This document shows, one piece after another, positions 16,504-26,563 of a DNA stretch of 64,000 nt. Numbering within the stretch: the stretch's first letter is position 1; the number at the start of each line of letters is the position of its first letter. The stretch comes from Planctomycetota bacterium. GTDB taxonomy: Bacteria; Planctomycetota; B15-G4. The translations under genes were made by a program, and so were the position numbers. The stretch covers positions 4,960,001-5,024,000 of the forward strand of contig CBDFJQ010000002.1 of the NCBI GenBank assembly GCA_965248575.1, in the 5' to 3' direction. The notes under the pieces were generated by a model. That model had not been told where the DNA came from, searched no databases, and saw only the letters and a program-made list of their open reading frames with translations.

Positions 16504-19434
16504 ATGAGCCAAGCCAAGGACATCTTCTTGGATGTACGCGAGCTTCCTGAGGCCGAACGGGAGCTGTTTCTCGTGGAAGCCTGTGGCGGCGATGACCAGT
16601 TGCGGGCCGAGGTCGATGCGCTGCTCGTGGCGGACGGCTGCGTGGCCGACGTGCTTGGGACGACCGTGGAGGCGGTGGGCCAGGGCTTGATCTCAGAGGC
16701 GTCGCGCTCCGGTGCGATGTCCGCTGCCCTCCATGGGGACCTGCAACTGGGAGACCGGGTGGGGCCGTTCCTGCTGGAGGAAGAGCTGGGCGTCGGGGGC
16801 TTTGGCGTGGTGTTCCGGGCCAGCCAGGAGCGACCGGTGCGCCGGCAGGTTGCGCTCAAGGTCATCAAGTTGGGCATGGACACCCTGTCGGTGATGGCTC
16901 GTTTCGAGCTGGAGCGCCAGAGCCTGGCGCTCATGAACCATCCCAACATCGCGCAGGTCTTTGATGCGGGCGCGACGGAGGCTGGGCGGCCCTACTTCGT
17001 GATGGAACTCGTGGAGGGGGTGCCGATCACGGAGTACTGCCGCGGAGAAGGGCTCAGTCTTTCGGAGACCCTGAGGCTCTTCGTCCTCGTCTGCCAGGCC
17101 GTGCAACATGCACACCAACGCGGCGTGCTGCACCGCGACCTCAAGCCGTCCAATGTCCTGGTGGCTACCGTGGATGGTCAGGCCCAGCCGAAGGTCATCG
17201 ACTTCGGCATTGCCAAGGCCATCGGTGACGAGGGTCTCGATGGGCCCTTCGGTGACCTCGGCAGCGGAACGCCAGCGACGCGCGAGGGGCTGCTGCTCGG
17301 CACGCCGGATGCCATGAGCCCGGAGCAGGCTCGTGGTGTTCCGGATATCGACACACGGGCCGACGTCTACTCGCTGGGGGTGCTGCTCTACGAGCTCCTG
17401 TGCGGGGAGAGGCCCTTCGACGGCCGGGGCATGGGTCTCGCTGAACTCCTGAACACGATCCAGGAGAAGGACCCGCTGCGTCCGAGTGTGCGTTCCGGTC
17501 AGGCTCAGGCAGGAGCATCCGAGCTGGACTGGGTGGCCATGTGTTGCCTCGAGAAGGACCGAGACCGTCGCTATGCGTCCGCGAGCGAGCTGGCGGCGGA
17601 CGTGGAACGCTTTCTCTCCGACGAACCGCTCCGTGCCGCGCCGCCGTCCACCCGCTATCGGATGCGCAAATTGTTGCAACGGCATCGGGCCGCAGCGCTC
17701 GCCGTGGGCGGCATCGTCCTGGCTTTGCTGGTGGGCGGCGTGGGCACGGCTGTCGGGCTGATCCGTGCAGAGGGCTTGAACACGCGGCTGAGTGCCTCGT
17801 TGGAGGAGACGCGCGAAGCCAATCGCCAGCTGGACCAGGCGTTGGCGGAGAGGTCGCGCGTCAATTTGCAATTGGACCTGGCGTTGGTCGAAGCGCGCAC
17901 CCAGGCCGACATTGCACAGGCAGTGAACGACTTCCTGAGTGAGGATCTCCTGGGGGCAGCGAGGCCGACCGGAGGGGTGATGCAGGGGCCCGACATGCCC
18001 ATCCGGGATCTCGTCGATGTTGCCGCCGCCGAACTCGACCGCGTCTCCCTGCCGGGAGGGCGTTTTGAGCAGCGCCCACTCGTGGAGGCCGCGCTGCGCT
18101 ACACACTGGGCACGACGTACGACACCCTGGGCTCCTATGAAGAGTCGGCGAGGCACATGGCGCGTTGCGTGGAGTTGCGTCGGGAGCATCTTGGCCCAAG
18201 CCAGCTGTCGACCCTTGAAGCCCTCAGCTTCCTGGGAACGACGCGTCTTCGGCTTGGGCAATGGGCACAGTCACTGGAGGACCAGCGCGCGGCCTACGGG
18301 GGGCTGATGGAGAGCGTCGGCTTGGAGAGCGTTACGACGCTTGCCTCGGCCGCCAGGCTCTCTTCGGCACTGCGGCGCAACGGGCAGGTCCAGGAAGCCC
18401 TGCAGTTGTTGACCGAGGCGTTGCCCGTGGCGAGGCGCGTGCTCGGCGAGCGCGCCCCCGTCAGCACCGACCTCGGCTCAGCGCTGGGTGTCCTGAACGC
18501 GGACCTGGGTCGCTTTGATGTGGCCGCCGATCTGTTCCGCGATGTGCTCGAGGTCCAACAAGATCTGTTGGGGGCACAGAGCCCCGTGACGCTGAATACG
18601 AAGACGCACCTCGCCACCAGCTTGCGCGCGTTGGGAAATCACGAGCGGTCGCTTCAGCTCTATCTCGAGGCGATCGAGGTGCAGCGCGCCGTCGAGGGCG
18701 AGACCCACCCCAATGTCCTGAACACCCTGTTCAATATCTTGGAGTGCCTGCGCTCCATGAATCGCCTGCAGGAGGCGGAGGCCATCGTGCTCAAGGCGCT
18801 GCCGGCCGTTGAGCAGGCCTATGGCAGGGAGCATCCCAATACGCTCCTGTGGTGGAGCAGTCGCGGAGGCCTTGCCGCACAGCAGGGCGATGGGACAGCG
18901 GCAGAAGCGGCGTACCGGGTCGTGCATGAGCGATCCCTGCTGGCGCTCGGCAAGAACCATCCCATGCGCGTGGCGAACAGTTGGGCCCTGGCCGGTCTGT
19001 TGCACGGAATGGGTCGCGGGCCGGAGGGGCATGCCCTCTATGTGGAGACCCACCAGGGCCTGGTGGCCGAGCACGGGGCGAAGTACCCCATGAGCATGGA
19101 GGGGGCCTTGCTGGTCGGGGTCTCTCTACGTGTGCTGGGGGATTTCGAGGCTGCCGAAGTCCAGTTGCTCCAGGTGCATGAGGAGGCGGTTCAGAGCTCG
19201 GACGAGACCCACCCCGTGGCACAGGAAGCGGCGGCCTCCCTCTCTGTCATCGAGTCCCAGCGCGACGCTCCAGAGCAGGCGGCGCGCTGGATGGAGTCGG
19301 CCATGTTGCTCCAGGGCAGCACGAACGGCCGGGCAAGAGGCAGCTGGGCGGGCGCCATGCAACAATTGGTGCTGGCCTGGCGACGAGCAGGGGACGAGCC
19401 GGCCGCCCGGGAGTGGGAGGCGCGGCTCCGCTAG
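16504..19434 (+). CDS. Hanks-type Ser/Thr kinase with a TM segment and kinesin-light-chain-like TPR repeats
   Basis: LGVGGFGVV, VALKVI, HRDLKPSN, DFG, DVYSLG; TM ALAVGGIVLALLVGGVG; LG.xHP.TL repeats. Confidence 0.93.
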   Translation: MSQAKDIFLDVRELPEAERELFLVEACGGDDQLRAEVDALLVADGCVADVLGTTVEAVGQGLISEASRSGAMSAALHGDLQLGDRVGPFLLEEELGVGGFGVVFRASQERPVRRQVALKVIKLGMDTLSVMARFELERQSLALMNHPNIAQVFDAGATEAGRPYFVMELVEGVPITEYCRGEGLSLSETLRLFVLVCQAVQHAHQRGVLHRDLKPSNVLVATVDGQAQPKVIDFGIAKAIGDEGLDGPFGDLGSGTPATREGLLLGTPDAMSPEQARGVPDIDTRADVYSLGVLLYELLCGERPFDGRGMGLAELLNTIQEKDPLRPSVRSGQAQAGASELDWVAMCCLEKDRDRRYASASELAADVERFLSDEPLRAAPPSTRYRMRKLLQRHRAAALAVGGIVLALLVGGVGTAVGLIRAEGLNTRLSASLEETREANRQLDQALAERSRVNLQLDLALVEARTQADIAQAVNDFLSEDLLGAARPTGGVMQGPDMPIRDLVDVAAAELDRVSLPGGRFEQRPLVEAALRYTLGTTYDTLGSYEESARHMARCVELRREHLGPSQLSTLEALSFLGTTRLRLGQWAQSLEDQRAAYGGLMESVGLESVTTLASAARLSSALRRNGQVQEALQLLTEALPVARRVLGERAPVSTDLGSALGVLNADLGRFDVAADLFRDVLEVQQDLLGAQSPVTLNTKTHLATSLRALGNHERSLQLYLEAIEVQRAVEGETHPNVLNTLFNILECLRSMNRLQEAEAIVLKALPAVEQAYGREHPNTLLWWSSRGGLAAQQGDGTAAEAAYRVVHERSLLALGKNHPMRVANSWALAGLLHGMGRGPEGHALYVETHQGLVAEHGAKYPMSMEGALLVGVSLRVLGDFEAAEVQLLQVHEEAVQSSDETHPVAQEAAASLSVIESQRDAPEQAARWMESAMLLQGSTNGRARGSWAGAMQQLVLAWRRAGDEPAAREWEARLR

Positions 19435-19484
19435 CCCATCCCATCGATGGATGGATGCTTGCGTGTGCGTTGCTCGGGTGCCGG

Positions 19485-20915
19485 CTAGGGTTGAAGGAGC
19501 ATGCGCGCGGCTTCGAGGCCCTCTGCGGAGGAGCCGCCGCCGCCGATGAAGTTGCACTCCATCACGAGACTCCCGCGTGCCACGACCATCGACTTCACCT
19601 GGAGGGTCTCGCCCATGGCCGAGATGGTCTTCTCGGCCCAGACACCCTTGAAGCCGTCTTCGTCCACGGCTGTGTAGTCGGCGCTTTCGATGGTGATGTT
19701 GCCGGTCTTCATCGCCTCGTCCTTGGCGCGCAGCAGCTGTTCCTCAAGCACGGTCAGACGGTCCGCCCAGAGCGGAGACGACATCACGAACACGGCCACT
19801 TGCCGACTGATCTGCGGGCGCTCCTTGAACTGCATGACCAGGATGCGCGCATCGTTCAACTCAGAGAGGACTTCGTCCACGTCCTCGCTGGGTAGGTAGG
19901 ACATGGCCGCCGCGAGTTGAGCAGCCAGCATCTTGATGATCTGAGTGCCCCAGAGCTCTTCGTCGCCGTCGGTGACGTGCTCTTCATAGCCCCTGAGGAC
20001 TGCCTCGATGTCGGTCCCAGGCAGCGCCCGACTCTCGGGCAGCATGTACCAGATGGGGCGGCTGATGACGGCCGTCTCCTTGGGGGGGTGCTGAAAGGCT
20101 CTTTGGATGCCCGCCTCGCCTTCGATCGCCACGAGCTCGTCGATGAAGCGTTCGCCTACCTTGTAGGCAAAGGTGAACTGTGCAACGGCGACCTTCATCA
20201 CGTAGAGCTGCGCGGCAGAGATGGAGTCGGATTGGGGGACGGTATCGATAGAACGCTCGAAGATCTCGAAGCCATCGGACAGTCCGGCTGATGCGCAGGC
20301 CTTGCGGCTGACGTGTTGCGCATGGCCCTCGATCACAGCGCTCACAGCCTGCAGGGAATCCATGTCCGTGCACGAGCTGATGACCGCGTTGAGGTCGTAG
20401 CGAGCGTGATCGATGGCATGCACCGACTCATGCACGAGCACCGCCTTCAAGACATTCAGCGAGTTGAGTTCTGGTATTTCGAGCAGCTTGGCGAGGGTCT
20501 TGATGTTCTCGCGGCAGACCAGGATCTCGCCCGTCCCGAAGGCGAACTTCGCCATGAGAGCCTCCGAGAGCGTCTTGGACATGCTCTCGGCGCTCGTCTC
20601 GGCCTGCTCGCCCTCTCCGAGCTGGGCGACCATCTGGGGGCCAAGCTCCTCCTTGAGGACTGCTTGCAGCTCAGGCCGTGAGATGAATCGCACGCTGACG
20701 GTCTCCAGCTCCGTCGTCGTCTCGGCTGCCGCCAAGGCGAAAGCCTCCTGGCCCAGGATGTGCAGGTCGTCTCCACTCAGGTGTTGGATCCCCTCGGAGA
20801 CGTCCGGCTCAGCTTGAAGGGCCCACGCGGGGCCAATCAGGAAGCCGAGCGTCAGGGCGAGACCCAGCAGTCGATGAAGGGCCGTGCGGGTTGCTTCGTC
20901 GGAAGGAAGTTTCAC
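19485..20915 (-). CDS. Exported protein with an HExxH zinc-peptidase-like motif (start uncertain)
   Basis: Signal-like LLGLALTLGFLIGPAWA; VLVHESVHAID, downstream AVIEGHA and FAYKVGERF. Confidence 0.72.
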   Translation of the reverse strand: MKLPSDEATRTALHRLLGLALTLGFLIGPAWALQAEPDVSEGIQHLSGDDLHILGQEAFALAAAETTTELETVSVRFISRPELQAVLKEELGPQMVAQLGEGEQAETSAESMSKTLSEALMAKFAFGTGEILVCRENIKTLAKLLEIPELNSLNVLKAVLVHESVHAIDHARYDLNAVISSCTDMDSLQAVSAVIEGHAQHVSRKACASAGLSDGFEIFERSIDTVPQSDSISAAQLYVMKVAVAQFTFAYKVGERFIDELVAIEGEAGIQRAFQHPPKETAVISRPIWYMLPESRALPGTDIEAVLRGYEEHVTDGDEELWGTQIIKMLAAQLAAAMSYLPSEDVDEVLSELNDARILVMQFKERPQISRQVAVFVMSSPLWADRLTVLEEQLLRAKDEAMKTGNITIESADYTAVDEDGFKGVWAEKTISAMGETLQVKSMVVARGSLVMECNFIGGGGSSAEGLEAARMLLQP

Positions 20916-21057
20916 AGGCGCGATCCGCTGGAGGAGCGTTGGGTCAGTTCGGTGGGGCGGCCAGTCTATGCAATCCCGTCTTCGCCGCACTCGGCAGCCG
21001 GGGGTCCGCTTGGGTAGGCTCGGCGGCCCCTTGCCACCCGCCCCCAGGAACCTGCTC

Positions 21058-23841
21058 ATGCGCGCGACGCCAACTCTTCATGTCCGCCAACCTTCTTGGC
21101 GGGCCGAATGGCCCTTCGCTGGCCTGTTGCTCACGGCGATCATGCTGCTCGCAGGGGTGACGGAGCTGTGCGCTCAAGCGGATCGTCTGGCGGGCAGCTC
21201 CCGCCGGGTGCCGGCGGGCCTGCCGCCGAACGTGACCTATGACCTGCGCATTCCCACGCCCGCTTCCGTCTTGGGTTGGGAGGTGGGCACCTGGCACGTT
21301 CGGCCTGACCAGATCGTGCGCTACTTCGAACGCTTGGCACAGGTGAGCGACCGCTTTCATCTGGAGACCTATGGCGCGACGCACGAGCAGCGCCCGCTCT
21401 TGTTGGCCACGGTGAGCACCCCTGCCAATCTCGGACGCATCGAGCAGATTCGGGAAGAGCATGTGGCGGCCGTGCGGGCTGGGGATGCGCCGAGCGAAGA
21501 CCGCAAGGCCGTGGTCTGGATGGGCTACAGCGTGCATGGCAACGAGCCGAGCGGTGCCAACGCGTCACTCCTGATGGCCTACTATCTTGCGGCGGCGCAG
21601 GGCCCCGGTATCGAACAGCTCCTGGAGAACACGGTCATCCTGATGGACCCCGCCATCAACCCGGATGGCTTGGGGCGATTTGCACACTGGGCCAATATGT
21701 ACAAGGGGCGCCAGCTCGTTGGCGATGCGTGGCATAAGGAGCACCGGGAAGCGTGGCCGGGGGGGAGAACCAACCACTACTGGTTCGATCTCAATCGCGA
21801 CTGGTTGTTGCTGACACACCCCGAGTCCCGCGGGCGGATTGCGAAGTTCCAGGCTTGGAAGCCGAACCTGTTGACCGACCATCACGAGATGGGCACCAGC
21901 AGCACCTTCTTCTTCCAGCCCGGAGTCCCCAGTCGGCAGAACCCCCGGACCCCGGCCGCGAATCTCGAGCTCACCCGGGCCATCGCTGCCTACCATGCGG
22001 AGGCCTTGGATGCTTCTGGAGAGATCTACTACAGCGAAGAAGGCTTCGACGACTTCTACTACGGCAAGGGCAGCACCTACCCGGATGTGCAGGGCGCGGT
22101 GGGGATCCTCTTCGAGCAGGCCAGCTCCCGGGGACACCTGCAGACCAACGCGTGGGGCGAGCTTTCCTTTCCCGAGACCATCGCCAACCAGGTCACCGCC
22201 TCTCTTTCGACCTTGCGAGCGGCGGGAGCCTTGCGGCAGGAGCTGTTGCAATTGCAGGCCGATGCCACCAACTCGGCACGCGAGGAAGCGGCTGAGGACC
22301 CCATTGGTGCCTATGTGTTTGGGCACGCTCGCGACGCAGCACGGGTGGCCAAGATGGCGGACATCCTTCGGCGTCACGACATCGCGGTACATGGGCTGCA
22401 GGACGAACTCGAGTTGGACGGCGTCAGCTATCGGCCGGGCATGGCCTACCTGGTTCCGTGCGACCAGCTCCAGTACCGCCTGATGAAGTCACTCTTCGAA
22501 GCGCGCACGGAGTTCGAGGACGACACCTTCTACGACGTGTCCACCTGGGTCTTTCCCATGGCCTTCGGCCTGGACCACGGGGAGCTTCGTCGTGAGGACT
22601 TCGGGGTGGGGCTGGGCGGAGTGATCGGCGAGCGACTGCTGTCCGAGCCCATCATCAGGGGAGTCCTGGATCTGAGAGAAGACTACTGGGCTCAGAAGGA
22701 GACGTCCCAGCACCCTGTGGCCTACGCCTTCGAATGGCACGGTCTGCATGCTCCGCGGGCCTTGGCGCGGCTGCACGCTGCGGGTGTTGTGCCGCAGGTG
22801 GCCACGCGACCCATGACCGTGCGGACTCGTGGTGGTCCGGTGGAGTTGGACTACGGGTCGATCCTGGTGCCCACGGGCGTGCAGGACATGGAGCGCGTCG
22901 CCCTGCGAGAAGTCATGCAACGCATCGCGGCGGAAGACGGCCTCAGGGTGCACAGCCTGAGAACGGGCTGGACCTCGGAGGGACTGGATCTCGGCAGCCC
23001 CAGCGCGCGCCCGTTGCAGGCCCCGCGTCCTGTCCTGCTCACGGGAGGAGGCGTGTCGAGCTATGCCGCAGGCGAGGTCTGGCATCAGCTGGACATGCGT
23101 TGGGAGCAGCCTCTCGCCATGGCCGATGTGGAGGACTTCGGGAGCATCGACCTGGAGACGGTCACCCACGTCTTGATGGTGGGTGGGGGCGGTGGTCTGT
23201 CGGAGTCCCAGTTGGAATCGCTGAAAGGCTGGGTGCGCGGCGGTGGAGTGCTCGTGGCCAGTGGTTCGGCCGCCTCTTGGGCGACCACGCGGGTGCTGGG
23301 CCAGGAGCGCGCAGACTCGGACGAGAACGAAGAGCACGAGGATGAGGATGAGGAAGAACTGCTCGATGAGCGCGGTGAGCCGGTCGAGCCCGCCTATGCC
23401 GACTATGAAGCTGACCGGGCCAAGACCCTGGTGAGTGGGAGCATCTTTGAGACCCGGGTCGACCTTACGCACCCCTTGGCCTACGGCATGGTGCGCGACC
23501 GATTGCCCGTGTTCCGGACGGGCACCAGCATCCTGGAGCGGAGCTCTGATCCCTACGCCGATGTCTGTGTGTACACCCGCTCACCACTGCTGAGCGGTTA
23601 CTCCAATGCGGAGAATGTCGAGCGCATCGCTGGCACCACAGCAGCGACGGCACAGCGCTTTGGCGGTGGGTCGGTGGTGCGCATCGCGGACGACCCGCTG
23701 TTCCGTGGCTACTGGTACGGCAGCGCGCGGCTCTACGCCAACGCGCTCTACTTCGGCGACATCCTCAAGTACACCCGCAGTGTCGTCGGTGCTGGGGCGA
23801 GCGAAGCGGACGAGGGCCTGTCGAGCATCGACGAGCACTAG
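21058..23841 (+). CDS. M14 zinc carboxypeptidase family protein with a C-terminal glutaminase-like domain
   Basis: SVHGNEPSG, NPDG, RTNHYWFDLNRDW, DHHEMG, ILFEQAS. Confidence 0.9.
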   Translation: MRATPTLHVRQPSWRAEWPFAGLLLTAIMLLAGVTELCAQADRLAGSSRRVPAGLPPNVTYDLRIPTPASVLGWEVGTWHVRPDQIVRYFERLAQVSDRFHLETYGATHEQRPLLLATVSTPANLGRIEQIREEHVAAVRAGDAPSEDRKAVVWMGYSVHGNEPSGANASLLMAYYLAAAQGPGIEQLLENTVILMDPAINPDGLGRFAHWANMYKGRQLVGDAWHKEHREAWPGGRTNHYWFDLNRDWLLLTHPESRGRIAKFQAWKPNLLTDHHEMGTSSTFFFQPGVPSRQNPRTPAANLELTRAIAAYHAEALDASGEIYYSEEGFDDFYYGKGSTYPDVQGAVGILFEQASSRGHLQTNAWGELSFPETIANQVTASLSTLRAAGALRQELLQLQADATNSAREEAAEDPIGAYVFGHARDAARVAKMADILRRHDIAVHGLQDELELDGVSYRPGMAYLVPCDQLQYRLMKSLFEARTEFEDDTFYDVSTWVFPMAFGLDHGELRREDFGVGLGGVIGERLLSEPIIRGVLDLREDYWAQKETSQHPVAYAFEWHGLHAPRALARLHAAGVVPQVATRPMTVRTRGGPVELDYGSILVPTGVQDMERVALREVMQRIAAEDGLRVHSLRTGWTSEGLDLGSPSARPLQAPRPVLLTGGGVSSYAAGEVWHQLDMRWEQPLAMADVEDFGSIDLETVTHVLMVGGGGGLSESQLESLKGWVRGGGVLVASGSAASWATTRVLGQERADSDENEEHEDEDEEELLDERGEPVEPAYADYEADRAKTLVSGSIFETRVDLTHPLAYGMVRDRLPVFRTGTSILERSSDPYADVCVYTRSPLLSGYSNAENVERIAGTTAATAQRFGGGSVVRIADDPLFRGYWYGSARLYANALYFGDILKYTRSVVGAGASEADEGLSSIDEH

Positions 23842-23848
23842 CAGCCTC

Positions 23849-24466
23849 TCAGCTTTGGTCTTCCGTGCGGGCTTCAAGGCGCGCTTCGAGTTCGCGGATG
23901 CGCTCGTCACGTGTGGCCAAGGCGGCGGTCACCTGCGCTTCGGTGAAGCGAGGTGTGATGTGTTGGGGGCAGTTCCAATCGAAGGCCTCGACGTGAAAAG
24001 TCGCGACGCGTTCGATGCGGGCGCGATAGTCGGGGTCTTCGAGCTGGCCCAGGATGTCGGGGCGGTCTGCGGCATCCACGATCTCCGCGCGAGCCAGGAT
24101 CTTGAGCCGTTGTCGGTTGGGGTAATCCATCAAGATCAGGGCCACACGATCGTTGCTCTTCACGGCTCCGGTGCTGATGTACTGGGAGTTGCCCTTGAAG
24201 TCAGCGAAGCCCAGGGTCTGTGAATCCAGCACTTTGAGGAAACCCGCGGGGCCTCCCCGGTGCTGCACATAGGGCCAGTCATTCTCGAGCACCGAGGCCA
24301 TGTAGAAGCTGTCCCGGGCTTGGATGAATGCCGCCTCCCGCTCCGAGAGGTGGCTGTCGTCAAAGTCCATGTCTTCGAGGCGTTGGTTGCGCTCGCGCAT
24401 TCCATTGTTCGTTTGGACAGCCTTGACGTCTGCGGTGAACGTTAACTCCGGGTAGCGGCGTGACAT
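23849..24466 (-). CDS. Pyridoxamine 5'-phosphate oxidase-like FMN-binding protein
   Basis: RDSFYMAS, WPYVQHRGGPAGFLKV, ADFKGN.QYIS, DWNCPQHITPRF. Confidence 0.92.
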   Translation of the reverse strand: MSRRYPELTFTADVKAVQTNNGMRERNQRLEDMDFDDSHLSEREAAFIQARDSFYMASVLENDWPYVQHRGGPAGFLKVLDSQTLGFADFKGNSQYISTGAVKSNDRVALILMDYPNRQRLKILARAEIVDAADRPDILGQLEDPDYRARIERVATFHVEAFDWNCPQHITPRFTEAQVTAALATRDERIRELEARLEARTEDQS

Positions 24467-24562
24467 GTTGGTCGTCCTCGACAGGTGAGGGATGTGGCCG
24501 TCGGCCGTGCGGTCAAAAAGTGTTCACGTTGCAGCGCTTCGAGCACGTGGAGCGCGGGAAGC

Positions 24563-24597
24563 GAGGGCGGGGCGCACCTGTGGCATGCCCCGCCCTC
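24563..24597 (-). terminator. Intra-operon stem-loop (partial terminator or mRNA stabiliser)
   Basis: Perfect 11-bp GAGGGCGGGGC/GCCCCGCCCTC stem after the AhpD-like gene. Confidence 0.5.
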
Positions 24598-24635
24598 TGC
24601 GCTGTCTTGCTGGTGATCTTACTGCCCGTCTGGCT

Positions 24636-25187
24636 TCAGGCCGTGGCGCCGGCGAGCAACTGAACTTCAGGGAAGTCGATGTCGATCTGCGCCGACTTGG
24701 CGAACAGGTTGGTGAGCACATTCAGCCCCACGAGCCCGATGATCTCGACGATCTCGCCCTCACCGAAGCCTGCTTCCCGAACGGCGTTCCACTCGGCGGT
24801 CGTGAGCTCACCGCGGTTGTCGTTGACGGAGCGAGCAAACTTGACGGCCGCATCTGCCTTCGCATCTGCGGAGCCGCCTTCCCGGGCAGCCAGGATCTCG
24901 CTGTCATCCAGACCGGCCATGTTGCCCAGGGCCGTGTGCGCCGAAACGCAGTACTGGCAACTGTTCTCCTCGGCCAAGGCCAAGGCGATCCGCTCCCGGG
25001 TCCGGGCGTCCAGCTCGCCGCGCTGCAGGTTGCCGTTCAGGCCCAGGAAGGCGGCCAGGGTCGGCGCAGAGTTTGCGAAGACTTTCATGAAGTTGGGGAC
25101 CATTCCAAACTGCTTGTTGATGCCTTCAAGCAGGTCCTTGGTCTCGCCGGTCGCGTCCTTGAGCTCTACGTGGTTCAAACGGGTCAT
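24636..25187 (-). CDS. AhpD-like / carboxymuconolactone decarboxylase family peroxidase-related protein
   Basis: GMVPNF, RERIALA.AEENSCQYCVSAH, IDFP; AAGGAG RBS. Confidence 0.92.
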   Translation of the reverse strand: MTRLNHVELKDATGETKDLLEGINKQFGMVPNFMKVFANSAPTLAAFLGLNGNLQRGELDARTRERIALALAEENSCQYCVSAHTALGNMAGLDDSEILAAREGGSADAKADAAVKFARSVNDNRGELTTAEWNAVREAGFGEGEIVEIIGLVGLNVLTNLFAKSAQIDIDFPEVQLLAGATA

Positions 25188-25279
25188 GTCCTTCTCCTTG
25201 GATAGGTGTGTGCGGGGTTCTGAAAACTGCGGGATGGGTTGTGGGGTGAGCTGGCGATGCGGGCCCTCGGGCCGTGTCT

Positions 25280-25639
25280 TCAGCTGCCGGAGGTCGCGCT
25301 CAGTTCAGCCAAGCGGCTGGATAGCTCTGAGGCTGGGGCTGCTCCGATGACGCGCTGCACTTCTTGGCCGTGCTGAAAGAAGATCAGCGTGGGGATGGAG
25401 CTGATGCTGAAGCGCTCGGAGAGCTCGGGCTGCTTGTCGGTGTCCACCGAGGCGATGCGGGCCGTTCCTGTGAGCTCGGCTGCAAGCTCTTCCAGAGTGG
25501 GAGCCAGCGCTCGGCAGGGCGGGCACCAATCGGCCCAGAAGTCCACGAGCACGGGGGTCGAACTGGCCAGCACCTGCTCATCAAAGGTCTCGTTGCTGAG
25601 CGGAACGATGTGCGGCTGACTCTTGGCGGGAGATCCCAT
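25280..25639 (-). CDS. trxA: Thioredoxin (WCPPC)
   Basis: PVLVDFWADWCPPCR, ISSIPTL; AAAGGA upstream of ATG 25639. Confidence 0.9.
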   Translation of the reverse strand: MGSPAKSQPHIVPLSNETFDEQVLASSTPVLVDFWADWCPPCRALAPTLEELAAELTGTARIASVDTDKQPELSERFSISSIPTLIFFQHGQEVQRVIGAAPASELSSRLAELSATSGS

Positions 25640-25710
25640 GTTGAGGGTCCTTTCGTTGGGTGAAGGCCTCGGTGTCGGCCGACGGGGCCGAGGGAGGCGA
25701 CCACTCCCAT

Positions 25711-25727
25711 TGCGAAGGCCGTGCCAA
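25711..25727 (-). promoter_or_regulatory. Sigma54 (-24/-12) promoter candidate for the trx-ahpD-like-flavoprotein operon
   Basis: Minus strand reads TTGGCACG-GCCT-TCGCA: correct GG-N10-GC spacing, one mismatch to TGGCACG-N4-TTGCW, about 70 nt upstream of the trx start. Confidence 0.7.
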
Positions 25728-26026
25728 TTCCGACGCATGTCGTTAAGTGCCTTGCTGCAAATCTCTTGAAGAGATCTGGCTGGAATCCGCAAGGTTCCGA
25801 GGATTTGGTAATCACGAGATACCGTCTCTCAATGGCACGAAATCTCGTACTTCGGCGCCGCCATCGAGGAGCGGAACCAGCGAGAGCTGGAGCGAAAGCG
25901 CGCCCGCGTCTCTCTGCGCCTGCAAGAGGTTCCATATCTGGTTTGACCGCCGTGCCTGTCGCGGATATGCTCCTGCAAATGCGTCGCAATAACAGTTCTG
26001 CGCGCTCTGACTCGATAGGCGTATCC

Positions 26027-26563
26027 ATGGACATCGGCCTGATCTACGGCTCTTCCACCGGTCGGACCCGGGCGGCTGCGGAATTCATCCGTTCCGAGCT
26101 GGGTTCCTCCCATGTGCGCAGCTGCGACGACATTCGCTGTTGCGGCCGCAGCGCCTTTGCAGCCCGGGACCTGCTGATCGTGGGCGCCTCCACGTGGAGC
26201 GTCGGCGAACTCCAAGAGGATTGGCATCGGGCCGTTCCCCACCTGGCTGGCCTCGACCTGTCCGGCAAGCGGGTCGCGATGTTTGGCCTGGGTGATCAGC
26301 GGAACTATGCCGGCACCTTTGTCGACGCCATGGGGCTGCTGCACGAGAAGCTGACCTCGCTCGGAGCCCAGCTGGACCTGGGTTGGTGGTCTACCGAGGG
26401 TTACGACTACCGCACGTCGCTCGCCGAGTACGGGGGGCGCTTCTGCGGCCTGGCGCTCGACGACGAGAACCAGCCAGAGCTCACCGGACCGCGAATTCGG
26501 GCTTGGTGTGAGCAGTTGCGGCACGAATTGGGCCTGCCCGACGACATTGTCCGGGCAGCCTGA
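26027..26563 (+). CDS. fldA: Long-chain flavodoxin
   Basis: IGLIYGSSTGRT, TWSVGELQEDW, AMFGLGDQ.NY..TFVDAMG, FCGLALDDENQPELT. Confidence 0.9.
   Translation: MDIGLIYGSSTGRTRAAAEFIRSELGSSHVRSCDDIRCCGRSAFAARDLLIVGASTWSVGELQEDWHRAVPHLAGLDLSGKRVAMFGLGDQRNYAGTFVDAMGLLHEKLTSLGAQLDLGWWSTEGYDYRTSLAEYGGRFCGLALDDENQPELTGPRIRAWCEQLRHELGLPDDIVRAA

Noticed and set aside
23320..23370. Acidic tract DSDENEEHEDEDEEELLDE in the M14 peptidase
   Set aside because: A low-complexity loop in a variable region, with no further signal.
25833..25848. TGGCACG on the plus strand as a sigma54 promoter for fldA
   Set aside because: The -12 position reads CTCG and lacks the required GC.
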